NCBI GenBank assembly: GCA_965215515.1 | Contig: OZ244057.1 | Span: forward strand, 1,728,001 to 1,792,000 | Direction: 5' to 3' | Origin: Oligoflexales bacterium | GTDB taxonomy: Bacteria; Bdellovibrionota_B; Oligoflexia; Oligoflexales; JAPPIL01 | Length of the DNA stretch: 64,000 nt | Part shown: piece after piece, positions 51,474 through 60,821 of the stretch | How the letters are laid out: every line of letters begins with the position of its first letter | Position numbering within the stretch: the stretch's first letter is position 1 | The notes under the pieces: model-generated | Told to the model about the DNA's origin: nothing | Seen by the model: the letters and a program-made list of their open reading frames with translations, nothing else | The model's database searches: none | Program-made: the position numbers and the translations under genes

Positions 51474-52466
51474 TCAAGCTTCCTCCGCACAAGCACGCAA
51501 GTAGTTACGCACCTCCAGCTGCAAACGTGCCGAGAGATGAAGGTTGGCACTGCGCTGCTCCCTGTCGGATGTGAGTTGCCGTAACTCCTCCCGCACGCCG
51601 AGACGGGTGACCTCTGGTAAAGCATTGAGCACCGTGTCGCAAGTTAGAGTGTCGGTGTTGAAGAGAATGTAAGCAATGTCACGCTCGGCACGCTCGGCAA
51701 AAACCGCGGCCACCTCTGGAGGCGTTAGAGTCGCGATGCTCTCGAAAGGCAAGAAATGACGACGCAACTCCTGCAGCAGTTGAGGTCTGTGCTGCAACGA
51801 AGCTAGCATCTGGTAGGAGTCGTCTTTGCTGAGGTTGCTGATTACCGCACCGAGATAACGAGCGGTGTGCGGCTCGTCCAGGCAACGCTGGGTGAGTTTC
51901 TTGCCTTTGCGGGCAAGAAAGTGCAGCAAGCTGTCGAGGTCATCTTCGCTGACCAAGTTGATGGTTTGCAAAGCTGTCATCAGCTTTTGTTTTTCTGACT
52001 CGGATGTGCTCAGCAACACGGCTTTGCTAACCCGCAGGGGCGACAGACAAGAGAGGAGAGCAGCACGTAGCTCGTCGGGAACATTTAACATCAGGTGCAG
52101 CAGTTGTGCACTAGACAGTTCCGCCAGCCAACCTGGACTTTCGAGACGTAACCCCAGGGGACTGCGAGCAAACTCAGCCGCGGCGATGTCGCGATGGAAA
52201 AGATGCAACGCCCGTCTACGCAAACCACGCAATCTTGCCAATAGGTTCGCTTGCAACGAGAGGACAGTCAGCTGCTTGAAATGCGCGACCGTAAGCTCGA
52301 CAATCAGCAACTGCACGATCTCACGCTCAAAACAGAGTAGCAGCGCTAGCACTAGCTCCCGCCGCGGCTGCTCCTCCATCCATTCCGCCAGCACCTGCGC
52401 GGGCACATCACTACGCTGGCTATGCAGAATTTCGATCTTCGTGCGACAATCACTGAGTATCCTCAC
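51474..52466 (-). CDS. FliG C-terminal domain-like protein (orphan)
   Basis: PQLLQELRRHFLPFESIATL...VF....DIAYIL....ALPE..R...REEL. Confidence 0.6.
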   Translation of the reverse strand: MRILSDCRTKIEILHSQRSDVPAQVLAEWMEEQPRRELVLALLLCFEREIVQLLIVELTVAHFKQLTVLSLQANLLARLRGLRRRALHLFHRDIAAAEFARSPLGLRLESPGWLAELSSAQLLHLMLNVPDELRAALLSCLSPLRVSKAVLLSTSESEKQKLMTALQTINLVSEDDLDSLLHFLARKGKKLTQRCLDEPHTARYLGAVISNLSKDDSYQMLASLQHRPQLLQELRRHFLPFESIATLTPPEVAAVFAERAERDIAYILFNTDTLTCDTVLNALPEVTRLGVREELRQLTSDREQRSANLHLSARLQLEVRNYLRACAEEA

Positions 52467-52534
52467 GTTTTCCAGCTTTTCCTTCCCCCCTTTTGTTCGC
52501 GCTGAGATGCTTGCATCACCTTCTAAAAGCGGTT

Positions 52535-54223
52535 TTAGAGGTCGCTGGAAGGGTCTTGGGTATCTACAGCATCACCTTGAAATTTTCCATACACCGACAC
52601 TCGCGGGTCTCCTTGATCCATCTTGCTTCTGCATGCAGAGATGCCTTTTTTAACTTTTTCTTCGAAATCAGGAAGATAATTGTAGCAGTCTTTCTCATAA
52701 TCCATACGACAATAGTAGACAGTGAAGCCCTTCAGATCTAAACTATCCCACGTATCAGCTCTAATTTGGTTAATATAGGTGTATGGAATCTTATCGAGAT
52801 TGTCCCAAAAGCTCCACTGGCCCACTAAACCGTGCTTTCGCTCCGATTTAAAAGTCAGATAAGTGTCTTTTTCCTCGAAGGTAAGGTTCGTGGCATAAAC
52901 GGCAGGGCAGTGATGTTCTCCTGGCATCAGTTCTACGTGAACACGTTTGTGGGATACGTGCTTCTTCAACCACTTGTAAAGGTCACTAGCAGCCGACCCT
53001 CCTACGATAGTAGCTCCTCCAACCATAACCAAACCCACACCCACACCACCAGTACTAGCCGCGACAAGTGATGCAGCAACACCTCCTATTGCTACTACTC
53101 CTAGCTTAATGAAGCCAGCCCAACGTCCCGCACTGGGTTTTTTCGCAGAGGTTTCGAGGGTCAATTTCAACTCTCTATTTTTTTTGCCGTCTGGATCTCT
53201 CGACGGACGTGGTGCGATAACAGCCAGCTTGCTCCGCTCAAGTTTCTCCCCACGATCGTGGTCGTGATCATGCACCGTGGGGTCAACTGGAGGAATATGA
53301 TGACCGCCGCCGCCACCTCGCATGTAGTTGATTAGCTCGGCGTTGAAGTTGGGAACATTCACCGCGAGCTGGAAACCGTTTTGTTGCCATGGCAAGATAA
53401 TGTGCATGTCTATGCGTCCGCCGCGCGGCATGAAAGGCTGGCCACCCTTACCGTAATCAACCTGCCCGACACCTTGGACAGGATCACCTTCACCGTAACC
53501 GATCTGCTCGACACCCTGGACGGGGCCTTTCTCCACGGGCATGGCGACCTTGCCCGCTTGCTGCTGTTCCACGACAGCAACTACTGCGCCCTTGCCACCA
53601 CCCTTGTCAGCACCATGCGGCACAAAAGAGCCTGTCGGCGGTGCGATGAGCGCCACCCAAATAACCTTGCCATCTACATGGTCGGTGGTTTGGCAGAACT
53701 GAACACCATTCGCCACCGCAAACCTATGGCATCGACCAATAAACAGGCTGGCAAAGCGTTCTGGGGTCAAGCGCACCTCACCGCCGCTGTTAAAACGTAT
53801 TGTCGGTGGCGGGTAGTTCTCATAGCCTGGGAGGTACTTGACCTTGATGGCCAGAGCTTTGTTCGCAAAGAGATTGCTTATAGCGGCTGTGTCCGCTGAC
53901 TGATGGCGGCAAAGAGAACTGTCGCCCCTGTTGATCGCTCCTGTTTGCTGCCGTGAGGATTCAGGGATCAACTCGTAGACAAGGTCGTCAAGACGGCTGG
54001 GCACGGGACGGGGAACATCGCCACAATTGAGACGCGCGTTTCTTTCCCACGCAGGTATCTGCTGGTCGCGAAACGACAGGGTTGTGACCGCAGCGTGGGC
54101 CAATAAATTGCCCGCGGTATCCACCACCCTCGTTTTGGTACGGCTGGACTCGAACCCCAGCTTGCAACCGACGAAGAACACGAGAGCAGCCAGCAAGGCA
54201 AGCCTAACTCTACTACGAACCAC
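52535..54223 (-). CDS. Hypothetical lipoprotein with a repeat linker and Gly-rich hydrophobic hairpin
   Basis: LVFFVGC lipobox; two PVQGV.Q..YG.G repeats; LGVVAIGGVAASLVAASTGGVGVGLVMVGGATIVGG. Confidence 0.65.
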   Translation of the reverse strand: MVRSRVRLALLAALVFFVGCKLGFESSRTKTRVVDTAGNLLAHAAVTTLSFRDQQIPAWERNARLNCGDVPRPVPSRLDDLVYELIPESSRQQTGAINRGDSSLCRHQSADTAAISNLFANKALAIKVKYLPGYENYPPPTIRFNSGGEVRLTPERFASLFIGRCHRFAVANGVQFCQTTDHVDGKVIWVALIAPPTGSFVPHGADKGGGKGAVVAVVEQQQAGKVAMPVEKGPVQGVEQIGYGEGDPVQGVGQVDYGKGGQPFMPRGGRIDMHIILPWQQNGFQLAVNVPNFNAELINYMRGGGGGHHIPPVDPTVHDHDHDRGEKLERSKLAVIAPRPSRDPDGKKNRELKLTLETSAKKPSAGRWAGFIKLGVVAIGGVAASLVAASTGGVGVGLVMVGGATIVGGSAASDLYKWLKKHVSHKRVHVELMPGEHHCPAVYATNLTFEEKDTYLTFKSERKHGLVGQWSFWDNLDKIPYTYINQIRADTWDSLDLKGFTVYYCRMDYEKDCYNYLPDFEEKVKKGISACRSKMDQGDPRVSVYGKFQGDAVDTQDPSSDL

Positions 54224-54456
54224 AGTATCCTCCTCACATCTACTTTTTTTGGTTTGACGGTAGCCTAACTAGCACAAACGAACCCCATAATCCCATTCTA
54301 ACATACCTCGTGGCAGAGGAGAAATCAGCGGACGATCCTGTCTTTCTGTGCTCGCCAAAACAGTACAAAAAAACATGTCTGCCCTGTTTTTTATGGACAA
54401 AACAAAAACACAGTGGCATGCTCCCCGCCGAGCTGGGCTGCTCGGGAGATGACACG

Positions 54457-54849
54457 ATGTTGTGTGCGAAAGATGTCATGAGTTCCGATGTCGTGTGGAT
54501 TACTGCACGGCATACACTCGACGAAGCCTTCGCGACGATGACCCAATTCAAAGTTAACCATCTTCCTGTTGTCGAAAAACAAAGGGTAGTCGGCATTATC
54601 TCCAAAAGAGAGCTCTTCAGGCATGCCTTCAGGGGTGGACGGCGTACGGGGTCGGCCGTCGTCAGTGACGCGATGCATCGCGATGTCTTCACCTGCCCCG
54701 CGCACAGTGCGGTGACGAAGGTTGCTCGGGCAATGTTGCAGTTCCGTGTCGATGCCGTGCCTGTGTTGAGCCGCGATGAGCTGGTGGGCATCATCACCGC
54801 TACCGATATTCTTGCCTGCTCGTCGAGGGCAAAGGCGAGGATTGCCTAG
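54457..54849 (+). CDS. CBS-pair protein
   Basis: AKDVMS...HLPVVE...VGIIS and DAMH...AVPVL...LVGIITATDIL. Confidence 0.9.
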   Translation: MLCAKDVMSSDVVWITARHTLDEAFATMTQFKVNHLPVVEKQRVVGIISKRELFRHAFRGGRRTGSAVVSDAMHRDVFTCPAHSAVTKVARAMLQFRVDAVPVLSRDELVGIITATDILACSSRAKARIA

Positions 54850-56372
54850 GGGTTTCTGCCTTTCAGTTGTGGGAAGAGAATCACGTCTCGAATGGACTGG
54901 TTGTCGGTGAACAGCATCATCAGGCGGTCGATGCCGATACCCGCTCCTGCAGTAGGTGGCATGCCGTATTCGAGGGCACGAACATAGTCGAGATCGACCT
55001 CACAGGCTTCTTGATCTCCCGCGAGTCGTTGTAGGTTTTGTGTGCAAAAACGCTCATATTGGTCGTCGTAGTCGTTTAGCTCGTTGAAACCGTTGACTGT
55101 CTCCCTGCCCGCGATGAAAAGCTCAAAACGATCGGCCGTGCTCTTGTCGTCATCGCTGCGCCGTGCTAACGGGGATACCGCGACGGGATAGGCGGTGATA
55201 AAGGTCGGTGCTTGCAGCTGGTGCTCGACAAAATTTTCGAATACCGCCACCAACAGATGTGCTGCAGAGGGGGCGAGCTGCTTGTCTACCGCAATTCCCC
55301 GCCCCTGCAACCAAGCGTGCAGTTGCGCGGCATCGCCGAGATCCTCGTCAACAAGGTCGGTGTAGCGCAGTACAGCCTCTCGCATGGTCAGGCGGGCGAA
55401 GGGTGGTGCGAGGGAAATTCGCTGCTCGCCATAGCTAAAGTTGTGCGCGTCGAGCTTAAGTTCGGCACAGATGGTGGCGAACAGCTCTTCGATCAGAGAC
55501 ATCAGTTGTTGATAGTCGCAGTAGGCCGCGTAAAATTCGAGCATGGTAAACTCTGGATTATGTTGTCTGGAAATTCCTTCGTTGCGGAAACTGCGGTTGA
55601 TTTCAAAAACACGTTCAAACCCTCCGACGATGAGGCGTTTCAGATACAGTTCTGGTGCAATACGCAAAAACATATCCATGTGCAGACTATTGTGGTGTGT
55701 CTGGAAAGGTTGTGCTGTTGCCCCACCTGCGATCGGGTGCAGCATCGGAGTCTCAACCTCCACATAGCAATGGCGAGCGAAGAAGGCACGTATGATCTGC
55801 ATGATGTGTGTGCGACGCAGAAAAGTCTCCCTGGTCTTGGGAGTCACCAGCAAATCGAGATAACGCTGTCGATAGCGGGTTTCGACATCACTCAAGCCAT
55901 GAAACTTCTCTGGCAGAGGACGAATACCCTTTGTTAACAGGATCACCTGCTTGGCTCGCAGGGTCAGTTCGTCGGTTTTGGTTTTCATGGCAGTGCCGCG
56001 CAGCCACACGATGTCGCCGACTTCTAGCAGTTCCTTGCACATGCGCTGAAAATCGTCACCCAGTTCGTCTTGGGCAAGGAAAGCTTGGTAACGACCACTA
56101 CCATCGACCAGCTGGAAGAATGCAGCTCTGCCGAACATGCGTACCGCGCTGAGACGACCTGCCATGCAATGCTCGGTACTGCTCGCGGCCAGCGCCTCTC
56201 TGCTCTGGGAAGCGTAGCGGCGCACAAACTCCGCGGCTGTCGTATCCCGTGTTACTCCATGCCTGAAAGGAGTAATTCCCTGCGCCTTGAGTTTGTCTAG
56301 TTTGGCACGGCGAGCGGCGATGTGCTCATTGTGCTCACGGGGGTGGAGTCTCTTTAGGTCAGCAAGTTTCAT
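54846..56372 (-). CDS. lysS: Lysine--tRNA ligase (class II)
   Basis: RYRQRYLDL, LRIAPELYLKRL, FRNEG and YGMPPTAGAGIGIDRL. Confidence 0.97.
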   Translation of the reverse strand: MKLADLKRLHPREHNEHIAARRAKLDKLKAQGITPFRHGVTRDTTAAEFVRRYASQSREALAASSTEHCMAGRLSAVRMFGRAAFFQLVDGSGRYQAFLAQDELGDDFQRMCKELLEVGDIVWLRGTAMKTKTDELTLRAKQVILLTKGIRPLPEKFHGLSDVETRYRQRYLDLLVTPKTRETFLRRTHIMQIIRAFFARHCYVEVETPMLHPIAGGATAQPFQTHHNSLHMDMFLRIAPELYLKRLIVGGFERVFEINRSFRNEGISRQHNPEFTMLEFYAAYCDYQQLMSLIEELFATICAELKLDAHNFSYGEQRISLAPPFARLTMREAVLRYTDLVDEDLGDAAQLHAWLQGRGIAVDKQLAPSAAHLLVAVFENFVEHQLQAPTFITAYPVAVSPLARRSDDDKSTADRFELFIAGRETVNGFNELNDYDDQYERFCTQNLQRLAGDQEACEVDLDYVRALEYGMPPTAGAGIGIDRLMMLFTDNQSIRDVILFPQLKGRNP

Positions 56373-56457
56373 ACATCTCCCCCTCGCTAGTCGGGGCAGC
56401 AGCAGTGCAAAAAAACAGCAATCGGGTTATACTAGCCGCGCGGTCTTCTAGCATAAG

Positions 56458-58047
56458 GTGGTGCTCTTGTCAGTTCATTTTCGTGTTTACCCACAATCTA
56501 TCGTCGTCAGTGGCAACACTTACACCCATCGGGAATCGTTCAAGGGTTGGGGAGGGCGTTTTGACGGCGGTAGTAAAGCGTGGCACTTGCCGAATTCAGA
56601 ACAAAACCGTACTCGTCTGCAAGCGTTGTGTGCGGCACATGGCGGGGGTGAGTTGCCTTGCTTCGTCACGGAACAGGATGAGAGCGATGCTACTGACGTA
56701 CAGCAGATTGTGTCTGGCAATGAATCCGCACCTGGGCTGAGCATCGCAGCGCTGCTGACGAGAGCCGAGACAGGTTTGCGGGGAAGTTTTCCTCATCCCG
56801 TATGGGTGGTAGGTGAGGTGCAGAATTGCGTTCGCAAGGAACACATTTATCTGCAACTCGTCGAAGCACAGGAAGGCAAACAACAGACTTTAAGCGTCAG
56901 TGCGGTGATTTGGAAAAATTTCATCAAACCGCTTGAGGAACGAGGTGGGGTTGATTTCTTGCGGGACGGACTGCAGATTCGCTGCCTCTGTGATGTACAA
57001 CTTTACCGCGAGCGCGGGGCATTGAGTTTGCGGGTGCTTGAAGTCGATCCTGCCTTCACGCATGGTGCACTAGCACTGGCTAGGGAAAGACTGCTGCGCG
57101 CACTGCGGACAGCTGGTAAGGATAAGGTCAACAAGAGTCTACCACGTGTACGTGTGCCGCAACGTATCGGCTTGATTACCGCGGCAGGGTCACGTGCTTA
57201 TGGGGATTTTTGTGACCAACTGCGTACCTTGCGAGTGCCAGTGCAGGTGTTCTTCCGCCCTACTCCGATGCAGGGCGAGGAGGTGCTCAAGGAGGTGCCG
57301 CGTGCGCTTACCGCACTGCAAGCTTGTGATATCGTTGTCATTACCCGTGGAGGGGGGAGTGCTGCTGATTTGCGTTGGTTTGACAGCGAAGAGGTGGCAG
57401 AGGGAATTGTCGCCGCCCGTGTGCCCATCGTAGCAGCTATCGGCCATCACGAAGATCTGTGTGTAGCGGAGGAAATCAGTTTCATGCGGCAGAAGACTCC
57501 CACCGCGGCGGCTGATTTTGTTGCGAGTCTCTTCACTGAGCTGGAGGAGCTGCAGCGGTCTTTGTCTGCCGAGCTTACCGCTGCCCTGCAACACAGCTGG
57601 CAGGCGGTGCAGGCTCGCTACGTATTGCTCAGCAACAGGTTAAGCGGTGAGGCGTTGGCTTGGCAACACCGTGGCAATGTGCGTTTGGCGGAGATGGCAG
57701 CCGCGGTAGACGGTGCGGCACGGGAAGGTATGCAGCGGCGTTATGTTGCTCAGCGCGATTTTGCCACGTCTCTACATGAGTGTAGTCAACGTCAGTTACA
57801 GGAGCGTGGCAATGTCCTGCAGGAGCTGGAGAAGCGGCTGTTAGCTGTTGATCCTCGTGCTTGGTTACGCAGGGGTTGGGCAAAAATTTACCACCGCCGT
57901 GGTTTGGTGAAGAGTATCATGCAAGTCACGGTAGGTGAACAGGTGAGTGCGGTGCTAGACGATGGCAAGCTCAGGATGCGGGTTATTGACACAGAATCGT
58001 CCACAGGTGAAGGGAAGAGTGATGACGGAAAAGCGAGCTACTTATGA
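56458..58047 (+). CDS. xseA: Exodeoxyribonuclease VII large subunit with an N-terminal extension
   Basis: VWVVGEV OB fold, RIGLITA, RGGGS..DL..F, AIGHHED and TPTAAA. Confidence 0.92.
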   Translation: MVLLSVHFRVYPQSIVVSGNTYTHRESFKGWGGRFDGGSKAWHLPNSEQNRTRLQALCAAHGGGELPCFVTEQDESDATDVQQIVSGNESAPGLSIAALLTRAETGLRGSFPHPVWVVGEVQNCVRKEHIYLQLVEAQEGKQQTLSVSAVIWKNFIKPLEERGGVDFLRDGLQIRCLCDVQLYRERGALSLRVLEVDPAFTHGALALARERLLRALRTAGKDKVNKSLPRVRVPQRIGLITAAGSRAYGDFCDQLRTLRVPVQVFFRPTPMQGEEVLKEVPRALTALQACDIVVITRGGGSAADLRWFDSEEVAEGIVAARVPIVAAIGHHEDLCVAEEISFMRQKTPTAAADFVASLFTELEELQRSLSAELTAALQHSWQAVQARYVLLSNRLSGEALAWQHRGNVRLAEMAAAVDGAAREGMQRRYVAQRDFATSLHECSQRQLQERGNVLQELEKRLLAVDPRAWLRRGWAKIYHRRGLVKSIMQVTVGEQVSAVLDDGKLRMRVIDTESSTGEGKSDDGKASYL

Positions 58048-58237
58048 AGAGATGTTGGCAGAGGTGGAGACAATCATTGCCGCGTTGCAGACGGAAGATT
58101 TGCCTTTGGAGCGTGTCGTCAGCATGGTCAAGCGCGGCCACCTTTTGCTCACTGCCTTGAAGGGCAGTCTCGATACGGTAAGCTTGCAGATTACCGAACT
58201 GCGGGATGGCAAAGCGGCTGAAGAAGAGACACAGTAA
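58022..58237 (+). CDS. xseB: Exodeoxyribonuclease VII small subunit
   Basis: TYEEMLAEVETIIAALQTEDLPLE; overlaps the end of xseA. Confidence 0.88.
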   Translation: MTEKRATYEEMLAEVETIIAALQTEDLPLERVVSMVKRGHLLLTALKGSLDTVSLQITELRDGKAAEEETQ

Positions 58238-58298
58238 GCCGTGGGCTGGTATAACACACTCTCTATCCTCCTTCTCTTTTTCCTGTCCATGGGGGTGG

Positions 58299-58847
58299 CT
58301 AAAGGCTGAGCAGCTCCTTCTCTTTTTCAGCCAAACGACTATCGACGATGGCGATGCAAGCATCGGTTTCCTTCTGCACCTCTTTTTGAATTTTTTTGCT
58401 CACATCTTCCGCAAGGTCTTTGTTCTTTCTTATTTTGTCGTTGGCATCACGGCGCAGTAGCCTGATGGCAACCTTGGTATCTTCGCCCAGTTTTTTGATC
58501 GCTTTTACCAACTCTTTGCGACGATCTTCCGTCAAGGGCGGCACGGGAACGCGCAGGATGTTGCCATCGTTGCTGGGTTGCAGACCGAGATTAGCCGCCA
58601 TGATCGCTTTTTCGATATCGCCGAGGGTTTTCTTCTCAAACGGAGTGACCACCAGCGTCCTGGCATCGGGCACAGTAAGTGTCGCCACCTGAGCGAGCGG
58701 AGTCGGCGCACCGTAATACTTAACCATCACCTTGTCCAGCAAACTGACCGAAGCTCGCCCCGTCCTTACCCGCCACAGCTCCTCGGCAAAACTATGCAAG
58801 CGCTTGTCCATGCTCGCCCGACAGGCCGACACATACCCCTCTTCCAT
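58299..58847 (-). CDS. frr: Ribosome recycling factor
   Basis: RTGRAS, YYGAPTPL, PPLTEDRRKELVK and KEKELL. Confidence 0.96.
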   Translation of the reverse strand: MEEGYVSACRASMDKRLHSFAEELWRVRTGRASVSLLDKVMVKYYGAPTPLAQVATLTVPDARTLVVTPFEKKTLGDIEKAIMAANLGLQPSNDGNILRVPVPPLTEDRRKELVKAIKKLGEDTKVAIRLLRRDANDKIRKNKDLAEDVSKKIQKEVQKETDACIAIVDSRLAEKEKELLSL

Positions 58848-58873
58848 CCCTTAACCTCCCTGTGTAAAAAACC

Positions 58874-59716
58874 TCAGACCCCAATCTGAAACCGCACAAA
58901 GCCCGTAACCTCAACCTGCGGGGCATGCTGGCGCAAAAACGCACCGACACTCGTCCTCGGCTCTTTTATATGGGGCTGATTGAGGAGACACACCTCGTTA
59001 TAAAACTTATCGATCTGCCCCGCGATAATCTTGGGAATAATGTTGTCTGGCTTACCTTCCTGACGCAATTTTTTCGCCGCAATCTCCTTCTCCTGCTCGA
59101 CTTCCTCCGTACTGATCTCAGCGGGGACGAGATAACGCGGCGCACTCGCCACAATCTGCAAAGCCAAATCCCGCCCCAACTCCCGATGCTGCTCAGGCGT
59201 GGCCGTCTGCAAACCTACCAACGTCCCCAGTTTGCCGCCGAGATGCACATAACCGCTGACAAGCCCCTGCTTCTGCAGCTCACACAGGGCAACCCGTTTG
59301 ATGCTGATATTCTCGCCGATCTTACTGACCAAATCTACCACCCGCTCCTGCACCGTGCGCTGATCCAATTCAGCCGCGGCCAACGCCTCCACCGTGGCGA
59401 TACGCCGCACCGCCGCCAGCTCCGCTAACCGTTGCACGAAGGCACTGAACTCCTCGTTCTTGCTGACAAAATCCGTCTCGCAGTCCACCTCCACAATCGC
59501 CCCACACCGCCCCGTGGCATCGATATGCGTCGCCACCAAGCCTTCCGTAGCCGCACGACTGGCCTTCTGCGCCGCCCGCGACAAGCCGCGCTCCCGTAAA
59601 TACAATACCGCCTTGCTCATATCACCGTGCGTCTCCTGCAGAGCACGCTTGCAATCCATCATGCCCACACCTGTCTTCTCCCGCAACTGCTTGACCGCCT
59701 GTGCGCTCACCCTCAT
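58874..59716 (-). CDS. tsf: Elongation factor Ts
   Basis: LREKTGVGMMDCKRAL and EVDCETDFV. Confidence 0.97.
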   Translation of the reverse strand: MRVSAQAVKQLREKTGVGMMDCKRALQETHGDMSKAVLYLRERGLSRAAQKASRAATEGLVATHIDATGRCGAIVEVDCETDFVSKNEEFSAFVQRLAELAAVRRIATVEALAAAELDQRTVQERVVDLVSKIGENISIKRVALCELQKQGLVSGYVHLGGKLGTLVGLQTATPEQHRELGRDLALQIVASAPRYLVPAEISTEEVEQEKEIAAKKLRQEGKPDNIIPKIIAGQIDKFYNEVCLLNQPHIKEPRTSVGAFLRQHAPQVEVTGFVRFQIGV

Positions 59717-59718
59717 CG

Positions 59719-60609
59719 CTACTCCTCTCGTTGCTCCTCGTTGTCAGGCACGCTCTCCGTTACCTGCACCGCCGCTTCCTGCTTCTCGCCGACCCCCTCA
59801 GCGTCACCGTCACGCGACTTGCGCCCTCGCTTCTCGACCGCTACCGCACGTCCCCGCGCATCGTAAAACGAGCCTTCGGTGACCGCCGCAGCCTTCTTCT
59901 CCTTTTCGGCGGCGAAATCAGGTGCTCGTGCCTTGCCGAGCGCACACGCCTCCGCCAGCGTCGTGACGAACAACGTCAACGACTTGAGACTGTCATCGTT
60001 GCCAGGGATAATGTAATCCAACCCCGTCGGGTCGGCATTGGTATCGGTGATGGCCACGATCGGAATGCCCAACCGCCTAGCCTCGCTAACCGCAATAACC
60101 TCCCGATGCGCATCGATAATCACCACCGCATCTGGTAAACCATGCATGTCCTTGATCCCACCGAGGTTACGGTTGAGCTTGAACTTCTGATGCTCAAGGT
60201 TAAGCACCTCCTTCTTCGGCAACTTGTCATACGTGCCGTCGGTGCTGATTTCCTCGATCTTACGCAAGCGATGGATACTCTGCCTGATAGTCTGAAAATT
60301 AGTCAGCGTTCCCCCCAACCAGCGATGATTGACATAGAACATCTTGCATCGCACCGCCTCCCTCGCCACGATCTCCCGCGACTGCCGCTTAGTGCCGACA
60401 AATAACACCCGCCCGCCCGATGCCGCCAGGTTCTCCAGAAATACCGTCGCCGCCTGAAAGTGCTGCACCGTCTGCTGCAAGTCGATGATGTGAATGCCAT
60501 TGCGCGCCGCAAAGATATACGGACGCATCTTCGGATTCCACCGCCGCGTCTGATGCCCGTAGTGCACCCCCGCCTGCAACAACTCCCGCATGTTGATCGC
60601 TATCGCCAA
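59719..60609 (-). CDS. rpsB: 30S ribosomal protein S2
   Basis: AGVHYGHQTRRWNPKM, RWLGGTLTN, DTNADP and PGNDD; TTG start after GAGGGG. Confidence 0.97.
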   Translation of the reverse strand: MAIAINMRELLQAGVHYGHQTRRWNPKMRPYIFAARNGIHIIDLQQTVQHFQAATVFLENLAASGGRVLFVGTKRQSREIVAREAVRCKMFYVNHRWLGGTLTNFQTIRQSIHRLRKIEEISTDGTYDKLPKKEVLNLEHQKFKLNRNLGGIKDMHGLPDAVVIIDAHREVIAVSEARRLGIPIVAITDTNADPTGLDYIIPGNDDSLKSLTLFVTTLAEACALGKARAPDFAAEKEKKAAAVTEGSFYDARGRAVAVEKRGRKSRDGDAEGVGEKQEAAVQVTESVPDNEEQREE

Positions 60610-60821
60610 CTGCTACCCCTCAATCTGAAGGTTAATTCCACCGCCGCTCCACACACCAGCCGTGTGGCGCGCCCGCTACGCACGTGCCGTCCTTCATAAC
60701 ATTCTTCGCACGTCCCGTAAACGAGTGATACCGCACCGCTCCCAGCCACAATCCTTACCACCACAGCATGGAAGTATGTAATGCCTCCCGCCCGAAGATG
60801 CAAGACCGAGATGCCTTAATC

